From the human T2T-CHM13v2.0 reference genome, Homo sapiens, in NCBI RefSeq assembly GCF_009914755.1, contig NC_060929.1: a DNA stretch of 64,000 bases; one strand, written 5' to 3'. Every line of letters starts with the position of its first letter. The first letter of the stretch is position 1. Of this stretch, positions 38,237 to 51,869 are shown piece by piece. The notes under the pieces were generated by a model. It did not search any database. It saw only the letters and a program-made list of their open reading frames with translations, and was not told where the DNA came from. A program made the translations under genes and the position numbers.

Positions 38237-38406
38237 CATTTTATTTGTTTATTTTAAAAAAGACCACATTTCGCTTTGTTGCCCAGGCTGGAGTGCAGTG
38301 GTGCAATCACAGCTGACTGTAATCTTGAACTCCTGGGATCAAGCAGTCCTCTCACCTTGGCCTCCTGAATTATTGGGATTACAGGCATGAGCCAACATGT
38401 CTGGCT
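38237..38406 (-). mobile_element. Free Alu monomer (FRAM/FAM-like)
   Basis: Single arm ttgcccaggctggagtgcagtgg...ttacaggcatgagcc; TSD ggcccagccactttta 38221-38236 / gacccagctactttta 38407-38422. Confidence 0.85.
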
Positions 38407-39238
38407 GACCCAGCTACTTTAGAGATCAATAGTGATCTCCCATCTGCTCCCCCACAGGCATAACCAACAATCTCATGCTGAGAACTGATGCTTCTCTCTG
38501 CCTTTGCACATTGTAAACATGGTGCATTTGCTGCATTTTCCTATGATCTTCTGCTAAACTCAGGCCTTTTATTTACAGACAAACGGTGCGACTTTTACAC
38601 AGGCATCATGGGAGTAAGCCCAAGATATTTTCTCACACTTGATTCCAGGCATGTGGGGTTTGGTTTCTTGATCAAATATCTGTGTTTGCTCTGTTTACAA
38701 GTATCTGATGAGCAAAACCAACAGAGGTGCTCCAGACAGGCTGGCTGTGCTGATCCCTTGGAAAAGAATTAAACAAAACCCAGTCTTTGTGTGAGTACTG
38801 TCCTAGCGTGCTGACTGATCTATTTGCTGATTAAATTCTTAACCTGTACCTATTTGATGCTTACGTCAGTTTTGCGTCTTTGAACCCTAATTTTGCAGTG
38901 CTTTAGTGACCAATTTATTTTTTTCAGTAAACTGCATAAATGACTCATCAGCAGGAAATGTGAATAAATAGTCAACTTAACTGAAAATACAAATAAACAT
39001 ATCTTTCTTTTGTGAGGAGGATTTGCTTAAAGGGGAAAAAAACCTTGGGAGGATGGACTATAGTTCCTAAGAGGGCATAATCTTCTGCTTTTTCTGTGGG
39101 ATTCTAGCCCCCTTTTCTGGGCAGGGATGGCATGAGCCCAGCTACTAAGGAGATATCTGTCCACATGACATTTATTAGTTTAGAAGTGGTAGCCTCTTCA
39201 TCAGGAATTTAAGTAATTTTTAAAGAGTTACCTGATGA

Positions 39239-39270
39239 GTGCATACATGTATGTGTACGTGCATGTGTAC

Positions 39271-39302
<32 letters not shown>
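39239..39302. repeat. Alternating purine-pyrimidine tract ending in (TG)n
   Basis: gtgcatacatgtatgtgtacgtgcatgtgtacgc(gt)n. Confidence 0.9.
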
Positions 39303-39308
<6 letters not shown>

Positions 39309-40679
39309 GAATCCCTGTAAGTCATCTTTCTGGTCACTCATGTAGCCAGTGCTATGACCTCATATAATTGGAACTCTAATTCTACTGCCTACTAAACAGT
39401 CAATAATATTGAGCACTATTAAACATCTCATGAAAGAATAGCATTAGAATTAGCACCCAGATGGCATCATAACCATATGGGCACAATAATGTGGATATAA
39501 AGACATTTTCTTGATTACCATATCCACAGGACCTTTGATTCTGGAATTCTACATGGGATTCCTAATTTCCATGTAAATAGTTTTGTTAGCATGGCAATCA
39601 CAGGCAGTCATTACAAGAACCTGTCTTGTATCTCTTAACTGAGATGAAAGAGAGGCAAAACGGAGGTGGTGATGAAAGCATTGCATAAAGAGTGACTTTC
39701 CATATTTCATGTCTGGATTAAATCCAAGTTTCAAAGTTCAGGAGGCCCCCTGAGCATGCTGGATACTTTCACTGATGACTCATGAGAGGTGTACTTATTT
39801 TTCTCCCTTTGTTCAAGCGTGGTGACCAACTCCCTCTGCCCTCCCATTCTTATCTCCTTGTAAGTGCCCTAGGTGAGTATTTCCCCATCCTTCCCATCCT
39901 GTGATATGCCTGGGAACTTGCTGAGACACCACACTAGAAGAAAGGGTGAATCTCCCAGGGACTTTCACGCCATTATGACTTTTTCTATTTTTGTATGGAA
40001 AATATGAACCTCTAATGTTCTGATACTGGAAATCCAGAAGCTGGGCAAGTAACAGGTAAAATTCAAGGCAACATAGTATCCAGCCACAATGAAACTGAAA
40101 GAATATGGATAGGCTTGTACATGGTTTTGTTTTAAAGTAGTTCTAAATACTAAAGTTACAAATATTTTAAATTTACACATAAATACATAGAATTCTAATG
40201 ATGGTTACAATCATTTAATAATAATACATCAAAAATTAGCAAAAGAGGAGAATCCAAGACCCTTCCTAAAAACCCTAAATAACTTCAATAAGAGCTAAAA
40301 TATCAGGATACAATGTCTAAAACACCAGCTACACTCGATTAAGTTTCAGGGAAAAGCCAAAATAGACTCTTGTCTCTCTGACTCTGGGAATTCCAACTCA
40401 GGATGACCATGAAGAGATATGGGGACATTTTTAGGAGAGCCGTTTCAGCAGATCTTGTAGGTGAATGGGCAGACACATTAGCAATCTGGTATGAAATTCA
40501 TCTTGGTTATCAGCCTGGAGTATTTCCACGTATTGATATCCTCTTTACTATCTTTCCAATTTTATTCTATTTAGTATTTATTATATGCATAGTTTTATTC
40601 TATTTAATATTTTCTTAATTTTTATTAGATTCAGATCTCTGGTTTTAAGACAATATTATTATATTACTTCTAATAATGA

Positions 40680-40885
40680 TAGTAGTTAATACTTATTTAG
40701 TGTGGACTACCTTCTAGGCACAGTTCAAATTGCCATACAATTATTTTCTCTTTAATCCTCACAATACATTAATGAGATGGGTGTTACTATTATACACATT
40801 TTACCGATGTGAAAATGAAGGCGCTTAGAGGTGCTATAACTTGCCCAAGGTCACACAGCTGGTGTGGGGTGGCAGGATTTGATCA
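40680..40885 (-). mobile_element. MIR SINE
   Basis: tttaatcctcacaa...ttttaccgatgtgaaaatgaaggc...aacttgcccaaggtcacacagct. Confidence 0.85.
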
Positions 40886-41059
40886 AAAGAAGTTTCTTCT
40901 CTAGCCAATGGATCAAACACATGCTCGGGGTCCAATCTCTACAGCCTCCCTGCACTCAGTGAGATGCTCACCAGTGGAGGGCAAGAGGCATTCTTATCTC
41001 ACTGACCAAGTGTGGCTGGCCTCTCTCTGCTCACTGTACTCTGACGTTTCTTCTGTAAC

Positions 41060-41235
41060 TCCTTTCACAGTGGTAATTAATGAGGAGTTGGGTGTTTATT
41101 GTCTATTTCCTCTACAAAATTATAAGCTTCTTGAGGGCAGGAACTATGCTTATTTGAATCATTGATGAATCCCCCCATTCCTAGCAGTGCCTCATACCTG
41201 ACAGACATAAAGTACAAATTTTCTGAGTAAACAAA
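41060..41235 (+). mobile_element. L2 3' end
   Basis: tataagcttcttgagggcaggaactatg...cctagcagtgcc. Confidence 0.6.
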
Positions 41236-41312
41236 TCTTCTTCTATAAAGAGTTATAATATTTGGGTGTCATTAATCTACACCACTAGAAATATTACCCA
41301 ATGTAATGCCCA

Positions 41313-41867
41313 TGTGACTAGGTAAATTTCTACCCCGCCTTAACTCTGCTCATCTTTAGGGAACAGGAGGCCTGACGTCAAAAGCTCCCCCTCGTGACCA
41401 AATCGACTGGGACTTGTTGGATCCAAGATGGCAGCTCACTTGACTTCTGAAGAACCTGGAACTTCATTATAATCAAATTTCCGTGCTAAATGACATTCCC
41501 GCGAGCACCATGACAGTTGACAATCACCATGACAATGACAGAAGAAACCATAAAATGACAAAAAGGAAGGCGGCAACTCTGGTTCTGAGTTTTCTGCCCA
41601 TTTCCAGAAAAGATGTGAATATTCTTCTCTTTGCTTTTAATGCCTGACCCTGTCATTAGAGATATTCTGTATCTGTGACTTCCTGGTTTTCATAAGCTGA
41701 GAAGGTGATTTGTGAGCCAATCTCCTGGTTCTCAATTTCATGGCCATTGAATGAAGCTGGTACTGCTTGATGCTCACTTTCTGTTCTGTGTATTGGCTTC
41801 CTGGCACTGAAGAGGGAAAGACCTATTTTTGGGGTGGGGGCGGGGGGGACCAGCTTTATCAGTAACA
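41313..41867 (+). mobile_element. ERV1 solo LTR (MER4/MER41-group-like)
   Basis: TG...CA termini; gctaaatgacattcccgcgagcaccatgacagttgacaa resembles MER41-group core; subfamily uncertain; no TSD seen. Confidence 0.65.
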
Positions 41868-42056
41868 GAAAGTTAGGACAGTCATTCCTTTTCAAGACAC
41901 CTCTTCATCCTCAAAGATTAACAGCTCTTTCTTAATGTCATAACAATCAAAATTTGGAATTAAGCTCCTTATGGATCACGGGTGAGAGTGAATTTGCTCT
42001 TTGAAAGAACAGATGTCACAATATATGAACATATTTTCATTTTATTAAACATGCTA

Positions 42057-42310
42057 GTACAGTACAGTGGTTAAGACCTCAGAGGCTGGAGCTAGGGGCC
42101 CTGGGCTGGAATTCTGACTCTGTCACTTACATGTGAGACAGTAGGCATGTTATCAACTCAACATGTCTCAGTTTCCTTGTCTATAAAATGGGGATAATAA
42201 TAGAACCTAACTTATAAGGGTGGTTGTGAGAATTAAATGTGTTAATATATGTAAAGTTTCTGAAATGGTGCCTAACAAAAAGTAATCATTATATAAATAT
42301 TAACTACTCA
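42057..42310 (+). mobile_element. MIR SINE, near full length
   Basis: acagtggttaaga...tctcagtttccttgtctataaaatggggataataatag...gttgtgagaattaaatg. Confidence 0.88.
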
Positions 42311-42411
42311 TCTTTCTAATGTGTTACTATTTTATGGTATTCTGTTTTCCTACTATTTTTATTTAGCTTGTTTATCATCATTGAACATTATTTTTACTAT
42401 TTAATATTTTC

Positions 42412-42737
42412 TTTATTTAGAAGAATTTATTTTTCTAGGGCAGTTTTAGGTTCATAGCAAAATTGAGAGGAAGGTACAGGTATATTTCCCATATACCATT
42501 GGGTCCCATACATGCATGGCCTCCTCCATTATCAACACCCCCCACCAAAGTGGCACATTAGTTACAACAGATGAACCTGCATTCACACATCATTATCACC
42601 CAGAGTCCGTAGTTTACATCAGAGTTCACTCTTGATGTTGTTCATTCTGTGGGTTTGGACAAATGTATAAAGGCATGTGTGCACCATTATAGTTTCATAT
42701 AGAGTAGTTTCAATGCCCTAAAAATCCTGTGTGTCCC
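42412..42737 (-). mobile_element. L1MB/MC 3' end
   Basis: gcagttttaggttcatagcaaaattgag...gttacaacagatgaacct...gccctaaaaatcctgtgt. Confidence 0.85.
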
Positions 42738-43111
42738 TGAACACCTAAAGGAGGTCTGGAGTGGAGTGAGGCAATCAATTGGGGGGTGGGCTGAGGGAGC
42801 ACAGCTGCAGAGACCGGCCTTGGAGGGCACCCTGAGGGTCCTGTGCTTCCATGGTACATGCAAAGCCAACCTCTCAAGGGCTACAAGCAGTGACATTCCA
42901 TAAGCAGGTTTCCATTTTGGAGAGATCACCCTGTCCTCTTTGAGGGACGTGGGTTAGAAAATCACCTGGGACTTTAGCAGCCTTGGGAAGGCCCTGAGCC
43001 AGCAACCGCTCATACACTTAATTGGATCAATGAAAAAGGTCCAAATTCCTGTTGACGCTAACATCTGATCACCATAGAGCCCTACGACAATTTTAGAATC
43101 GGCAGCCTAAT

Positions 43112-43350
43112 CCAGTGGTCTCCACTGTGGGGTGACACACCTCAGAAAGTGCACAAAACAATTCGTTTCAGAGTGGAAGAGAAATACTAGAACTTCTATT
43201 TTTAAAAATAATAAATACAACTAAATAACAAATTTCATTATTTCCAAATTGAACATTTCCTTTGTATGTTTTATAATGTATTATATAATATACATTATCT
43301 CATTTATAAACAAACAAATATGAGGTGGTGCTAAAGTGTTTTTACTGATT
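43112..43350. mobile_element. Probable hAT-Charlie MER relic
   Basis: Starts cagtggtctcca...; AT-rich body. Confidence 0.35.
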
Positions 43351-43549
43351 GAGCGCCGTTTCCTTCCATGCTGGAAGTCTCCTATCTGTGTCAAAGGCTA
43401 TCCTGATTCAACCCCTGAAATTACTATTCCAGGACTTTATTGTCATATATGACAGAGATTTAGGGAAGACTTAGGCCAAAATTTATACCAATATATTAAA
43501 ACAAATAAACATAATAAAGTAATTTAAAATTTAACATGTGCTTGTCTCT

Positions 43550-43635
43550 CATGCACAGCCATTCAGTGCTTGGGACAGTGCCTGACATACAGAACACGTT
43601 CAGTACATATTTGTTGAATGAATAAATGGATTAAG
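43550..43635 (+). mobile_element. L2 extreme 3' end
   Basis: acagtgcctgacatacag...tcagtacatatttgttgaatgaataaatg. Confidence 0.75.
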
Positions 43636-44220
43636 GAATAATCATTTGTTGAAAAATAAAGTCAATTCTATGATCTAAAACTTACCTACTAACTGTCTAA
43701 ATTGTTCAATGCACTCATAAATGAATGGCGAAACCCTTGCTTGACTGGGTACAAACATTTCAGACACATATCTTGTTGTTTTTTGGTGTTATTCTCTGGT
43801 TCCTCTATGAGACTCAATATTTTCACCAGTACCTTTTCTTCCACCTTGCCTCTTCCTGGCTTTGGCAGTTTCTAGAAGTTGGCTGGACCCCCTGCCTGGC
43901 AGAGCTCCTTTATTCCATCTCAACCTCACTGACTCACCTTCCTTCAAGCCGCTCATGTTAAACTCCCGGTTCTGACATCAGAAGCCTAAGTGAGATGTAA
44001 ACCCACCTATAACCGTCTCATTTTCTTCAGCTAAACTGGGTATTGATTTAGGTTCCCTTCCACAAAGCCAGAGCTGACAAAGCATGGCAAGATAAATGGT
44101 ACAGGTTCCTACAACATTTTTAGGAGCAGCTCAGGTTCTGGGGTGAGCCTGAAAGCTCAGGGAAATAGTTACATTAGCTCCTGCCAGCAGCAGCTGCTGC
44201 TGCTGTAGAACTATCTAAGT

Positions 44221-44496
44221 CAGAGGTTGCGAAATTCAAACATCTATGGGGACTAGCAGTTAATGTCAATGAAGAGTATGCTTTGAGAGACACAGAGAAC
44301 AGAGTTCTTATGCTGTACAGAGGGAATGCCTATTCCTTAATTCGAGCAAACGCTCACATCTGAAATCTTTTTATATAAAACATTTCAGTTTTTAAATGTT
44401 GGCAATTAATTCAACATTAAAAAGACTCATTGTATTGGCTAAATAAAACATATCCAATGGCCGAAATCAGTCCTCAGGCTACCTTTGAGACCTCTG
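44221..44496. mobile_element. hAT-type MITE relic
   Basis: Terminal inverted repeats cagaggt...acctctg; flanks resemble hAT target (atctaagt / gtccagag). Confidence 0.5.
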
Positions 44497-45764
44497 GTCC
44501 AGAGGGATACCACTGCTATTTTCTTCCATAATCTCACGTGTTGTTTATTATTGGTGTCACATTTGTTTCATTTTTTCTTCCTCTCTTCTAAATGGCCTTA
44601 AATTCAGATTTTTTTTCTTCTTCATTTCTCAATAAAATAGGAAACATTAAAGATATTTCTTATTAACAACTGTCATTTGGAAAGTTTAAAAAATAAAAAG
44701 CAAATCTTCCTTTTATAATGGGACAACATAGCTATGGGTACAGACTTTGGAGCAGAGGAGCAGCGGGGTTAGAAGGAAATTTGGAATAAGAGCCAGGTGG
44801 CCTGCTTTCTCTCCTGAGAGCCTCAAATGACCTTGCACAAGTTGCTCAACTCCACATTTATCCTATCTTCTTCTGGAATGCTCTTCCTGCTTTCCTGTTT
44901 AAAGGGGCCCTTGTCATACCGAACGAACCCAGGCCTAGGGCCTCTTGCATCCAGGTTTGGAGAAAGTTTAAGTTCTCCGGCACACTGAAGAGCAGTCCCT
45001 TGTGGTGGACGTGGGTGGGTTTTACGTTGAGCATCTGTGCCCCTTGCTTAGGTCAGTGAAGCCATGATTTTCCTTTGGGAAATGACCTTTCCTTCTTTGG
45101 ATGCAGCACAGGTATCAATGAATGGGTCCTGCCCTCCCCTGGCCTTGGAGCTGTGCTTGGGCTATCAAGAGAGGATGGTTTCCCACATAGACAAGGGGGC
45201 ACCAAAAGAAAAGAGTACATTTGTTGGACAGGCAGAGCTAACTGGTGACCACTATAACCAACACTGAGTGATGTGAATTTGGGGAAAAGGAAGTGTGTAG
45301 AGAAGCCCTGGACTAGGTCTCTCATGCTGCAGATGAGGAAGCTGAAGCTTGGAGGTGTTGGGCGACCAGCCAAAAGCATGAAAGATGGGGGCTGCAATCT
45401 GTCATCGGCTTCTGATGTAACTTAGGAGACTTGGGCCATATTGGTTTGTCAGTCCCAAACCTCAGTTGCCTTATCTGCAAAGTGATCACAATGGTTTCTG
45501 ACCAATAAATGTTCTGAGAACAAATAAGGTCTTATCTTCAAAGAACACTGTGCCTTGAAAGTACAGAATGTAACTAGCGAACAGATACCCTGAAGGGTTC
45601 ACATCTGCTAAAATCAGGCACCACAAAGCCTTGAATATACATGAGGCTTCTCTTTCATCTCGAGTTATGTAACATATCACAGGATCATAACATATACCTA
45701 ATTCGGCTTCCTGAGCTAAGATTGTTCTAGAGAAGTTTCCAGTTTTTTATTTCTACCATAGAGA

Positions 45765-45950
45765 AGTGGCATAGTATGGTGGTTGAGAGTGGGCTGACAG
45801 ACCTGGGTTTTAACTCTGAGTTTATCACTTTCTCATGTGACCTTTGGCACATTACTTTAATTCTCTGCATATCAGTTTTCTCATCTGTAAGTGAATAGTC
45901 TACGTTCGTAAACAGTTATATCAGTTTTCTCGTCTGTACCTGAATAGTTG
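45765..45950 (+). mobile_element. MIR with local tandem duplication
   Basis: gcatagtatggtggttgagag...gacctgggttt...tgtgacctttggc...cagttttctcatctgtaa. Confidence 0.75.
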
Positions 45951-46469
45951 CAGAAACCACAACATGAGTGAACGTGGAAGGAGATCAGGAAAGCAAACGC
46001 TTAGGACACAGGGAACTCAGTGGTACAAATGAAGATCTAAGTCAATGCTAACCAAAGAGGATGATGATAAAGCAATAGTACTAGTAGTCATGGCGGTATT
46101 GTTCATGAGTGGGATAAGTTCTTGGCTACCTGCTGGTTTTTAGCGGGTAGGAGGAAGGACAAAGGTGAGCATATCACAGAGAATCTGGCTCAAGTGGGTC
46201 ATCTGCTTTCCCCCATGCTGTTGCAGGCAAGTCCTATGGGACCAATTGTTAGATGCAGTGGGGTCACCCAGCCTTGTACTGCTTGCATAGAGAAAATCAC
46301 CTTTCTAGTAAAGGGAGTGGCAGTAGAGGGAAGGCGAAGGGAGACAAGACAGGATCAAGGGTTGGCCTCGTGGTGGTTCTTCTTTTCTGTGAGTTTGCCT
46401 TAATGCCAATGCAGCATGGCAGTTCTTCCTGAAGAACTGCGCCTGGTCAGGAAGAGCTGCTCCTGCTCT

Positions 46470-46685
46470 CTCTTTGTCATAGCATCCTGTGCTTTTCCCC
46501 TGGATCTCATCACAAAATAAATATTTATTTGTGTAGTTACTTTGTAACTATATGTCTCCTCCATCAGACTCTGAATTCAACAAGAGCAGAGACTATTTCT
46601 GTCACATTTACCACTGAATTCTTGCTACCTACCACAATCCTTGGATTTTGTAGGCTCTCAATAAATATTTGTAGAATAAATGAAA
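46470..46685 (+). mobile_element. L2 3' end
   Basis: tgtctcctccatcagactctga...gtaggctctcaataaatatttgtagaataaatgaa. Confidence 0.7.
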
Positions 46686-47040
46686 ACATGCATCTGTCAT
46701 GGGCTTTCTGTTTCTTCATGTATCTGGGAACCTGAAGAAGCAAGTTGGATCAAGTCTGTGACAAAACTGCCCCTGCTTATCAAAAGTTGTTACTGCTCTG
46801 GTAGTCCTGGGTGAATTCTTCTCTTCTCTCTCTAGAAGAAATTTCCAGATGAGGCAGAGATCAAATACACAACGATTTTCTCATTTGGCGTAATGCAGAC
46901 TCATTCTACTTGAGTCAACAGTCACATGCAGGCTTCATCCATATCTATGAAGTCAGGGATTTATCCAATCCATATCTACTAAGTCAGTCAGGGGTTTATT
47001 CAACAGGCTTTAGGAATTCAGTCAAGAGCTAGGCAGACGA

Positions 47041-48610
<1,570 letters not shown>

Positions 48611-49469
48611 TAGAATCATGTAATCTGTGCTGATTTATTTTATTTTAGGATCTGAATCATGCTGATTGTTTCTTCAATTCCTCACCATACCTTGCATTTG
48701 TACTTCTGAAGAGTCATATGTTTTTATTAGTTAGGCATTTGGTATAAAAATTGTTACTGTAAGCTATCTGTAATCACATTCTAGAAATCAGTTGGCGGGT
48801 AACAGATGCACATATGACCACAGGAAATGCCAAAAACCACTTCCCATGGTTGTTCCTCTTGCATGTACACATCTATTTTTAACACTCATGATTGTAAGGC
48901 AGAGCTCTTGTCACTTGAGGGAACTGTGTTTCCTCGTGGAGATCCAAGGCCACTGGACACAGAGAGTGGCATCCCATGGGCCAGCATTTACTGCTGCTGG
49001 TTTGTTAACAGAACTCCGACCTCATGGACATTTGGTTGCTTGATGGTTATGTGCTGGGAGTAGGGAATGGGAAGGTAAGTGGTTGCAGAAAAGCAATTCT
49101 ATAGTTCTGAGGATTTCCTAACATGTCAAAATTTCTCAGAAAGCTTTGCTAATTTAGGACTTTTTGTCTAATTATCGGAAGTATTTACTCATCTCTTTCC
49201 TAAGAGCCTGTGCTCAGTCAGCTCTCTCCTAAGTGGAGTTGATTCTTTTCTAACATGTGATGGGTTTTGACTCAATAATGTGAGAGAGGAAACTTGAAGG
49301 TTCAAACCCTGACAGCTCCCTGCTGATGCACAGGAACTGTATTTACATGGCTCCCAAATACCCAATTGGAAAACTATTGCTTAACAGGTGGCTTGTACTA
49401 GCTACAAATAAACGGTTTATTTAAGGGGTCAAAATCAGCTATTTCAGCTTAGTGTCGTTGCTTTAAAGA

Positions 49470-49605
49470 AGGACTGTTTTCTAGCCAGAGGTCCTTGGCT
49501 TGAATCCAGCTTTAAAACTTACTTGTTCTATTACCATGGGAAAGTCACTTTTTTTTTTGTCTTTAGTTTAATCATCTGTAAAATGGGTATTATTGTCATA
49601 GCCAC
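49470..49605 (+). mobile_element. MIR fragment
   Basis: ttgaatccagct...gggaaagtcactt...tcatctgtaaaatggg. Confidence 0.6.
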
Positions 49606-50149
49606 CCCAGAGTCCTATAAGGAGTGACATGTTGCTCTCTAAACCACAAAGTGTGAAATAAACTCTTAGATAGGAGAAATCCCATTTTTTCATTTTGTTC
49701 AGAAGAACTTTTGGAAGGGAGGCAAGATTGAGAAAAAAATATTCTCGTCTCCAGGGTTCTCCTGAGTTCATAAATTCTCAACCACAGGGGGACTGGGTTT
49801 TACTGGTCATGTCTCACCCTACCAGGCAGGATGTGGGTGAATATAAATCTATATCGTGGTGACTCAAAATGGCCCATTAAGAACTCGTTGGTCTTGGTCA
49901 TATCAGATGAGGAAGCATTGAGCATCTTTTGGCCTGTGTCATACAAAACCATATTCCCTTTCATACTTCAGTGTTCTGTGCTTTATCTGACTCACTATCC
50001 CACACCTTTTCTAGTTCTACTTACAGGAGGTTTTAATGCTCCTTTCTTCAGAGTTAGACTCATGGAAGGAGTCAGTTAAACAATATTTATTGAATTTAAA
50101 ATGCACAAATCATGGGTGCTAGCAATTACAATTTAGGGGTTTTTACTGC

Positions 50150-50565
50150 AAATAGACTCACAAAAGCACTCAAAGATACATGGGCAAGACATTGCAGCAT
50201 GATACTAAAGAACTGAAAACAATCTAAGTCCTAGGAGATTAAATAAATTACAGTACTTCCAAACAATGGAATATTATGCAACCTTCATAAATAATAAGAT
50301 AGATACATATTTTCTGACATGGGAACATATCTTAGGTATATTACTGTATAAAAACCAAACAGCAGAACATTTGTAAAATGATTCCATTTATGTAAAATAA
50401 AATATCAATACGTCTATCTGTATCTATATAAACATTTTGTTAAAGATATATAAAGAACTATTAAGGACAGTTACTTAGGGACTGAGGGTAGAGGAAGATT
50501 TTTACTTTCAGTTTTTTTACTTGTGCCATGTTCATGCGTTACTTTTTACATATATAAATCAAAAT
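50150..50565 (+). mobile_element. Old L1ME 3' fragment
   Basis: aaataaattacagtac...caatggaatattatgcaacc...atgattccatttatgtaaa. Confidence 0.65.
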
Positions 50566-50641
50566 TAGTTAAAACTAGGTTAGCTTCATGGAAGGTTTAG
50601 AAGTCACTAATGCCCCTTTCCGAGACAACAGAATGAGAACT

Positions 50642-51180
50642 TGTATTACTTAGGATTTCTTGGTTGCAAGTGAAAACAAACAAACAAACAAACAAACCAG
50701 CTTAAGCTACCCATAAAGGATTCCTTTCATAAGAGAACATGGGTATCCAATGAACTCCAGGGCAGAAAGCACTGCCTGGCCTCAGAAGTATCTGGAAGTG
50801 GGAAAGCCATTGTGAGCATAGGGCACATCCCCCATCTCTTGCCTCTGTTTCTCTCTGTATTTCTGTCTCATTCTTACTGTTTGTAGACTCACTTTTTTCT
50901 GCTCCCTAGTCCTCATGGCAGAACCTGGGACCCCATGGCTCTCAAATCACCATGTTAGAAGTCTAGTCAAGTGGAGAGATGAAATCGCTTGATTCCAAAT
51001 TCTTGATCCTAATTTCAAGTTCTCAGAGAAGAGTCTCTGATTAGTTTAGCTTGTGTCCAGTGTCCAGCCCTGTCCAATCAATGGTGGCCACAAGATGGGG
51101 TCTTAACTATTGACTGCTGAGGGCCCATTCAGGCTGAGGGCAAGGAAAGTTAATGTGGAAGACACTCCAAAGTGTCTCAA
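50642..51180 (-). mobile_element. MLT1 (K/J-like) LTR
   Basis: tgtattacttaggatttcttggttgcaagtga...ccagcttaagc;...tctgattagtttagcttgtgtccagtgtccagccctgtccaatca. Confidence 0.7.
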
Positions 51181-51365
51181 AACCAAGGCTATTGGATGCC
51201 TTTGTCTAACTCCAGGGATGCTGGATTGCTAGGTTACAGATGATGCTGTTTTTAATTACCAACTCACTAATTTACTCCTTTTTGTCATGTCACTGATTTA
51301 TTTTGCTATAAAAACTCACATTGGGGAATTTATAGCAAAGATATATTGACTATAAAACAGAACAT

Positions 51366-51734
51366 TGATATAGTTTGGCTGTGTCCCCACCCAAATCTCA
51401 CCTTGAGTTGTAACTCCCCCAGTTCCATGTGTCATGGGAGAAACCCAGTGGGAGGTGATTGAATTATGGGGGTGAATCTTCCCTGTGTTGATCTCATGAT
51501 AGTGAATAAGTGTCACAAGGTCTGATGGTCTTATAAACAGGAGTTTCCCTGCACGAGCGCTCTCATTTTGCCTACTGCCATCCGTGTAAGACGTGACTTG
51601 CTTCTTTTGCTTTCTGCCATGACTGTGAGGCTTCCCTAGCCACGTGGAACTGTAAGTCCATTAAACCTCTTACTTTTGTAAATTTCCCAGTCTTGGGTAT
51701 GTCTTTATCAGCAGTGTGAAAATGGATTAATACA
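51366..51734 (+). mobile_element. THE1 (B/C-like) solo LTR, full length
   Basis: tgatatagtttggctgtgtcccc...aatggattaataca; perfect TSD aacat 51361-51365 / 51735-51739. Confidence 0.95.
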
Positions 51735-51869
51735 AACATTTTGAGGGCTATAAAGTACTTACTTTAGATATATTTAGTAGTTTGATGATATTAGTGGGTA
51801 AACAATTTACAATTTGGACTGCTGCATGGTGACTGAGACAACTCATCTATCACATGTTTGGAAGTGTTG

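Noticed and set aside
44185-44202. Perfect 18-bp palindrome cagcagcagctgctgctg
   Set aside because: Low-complexity CAG/CTG junction, too short to imply function
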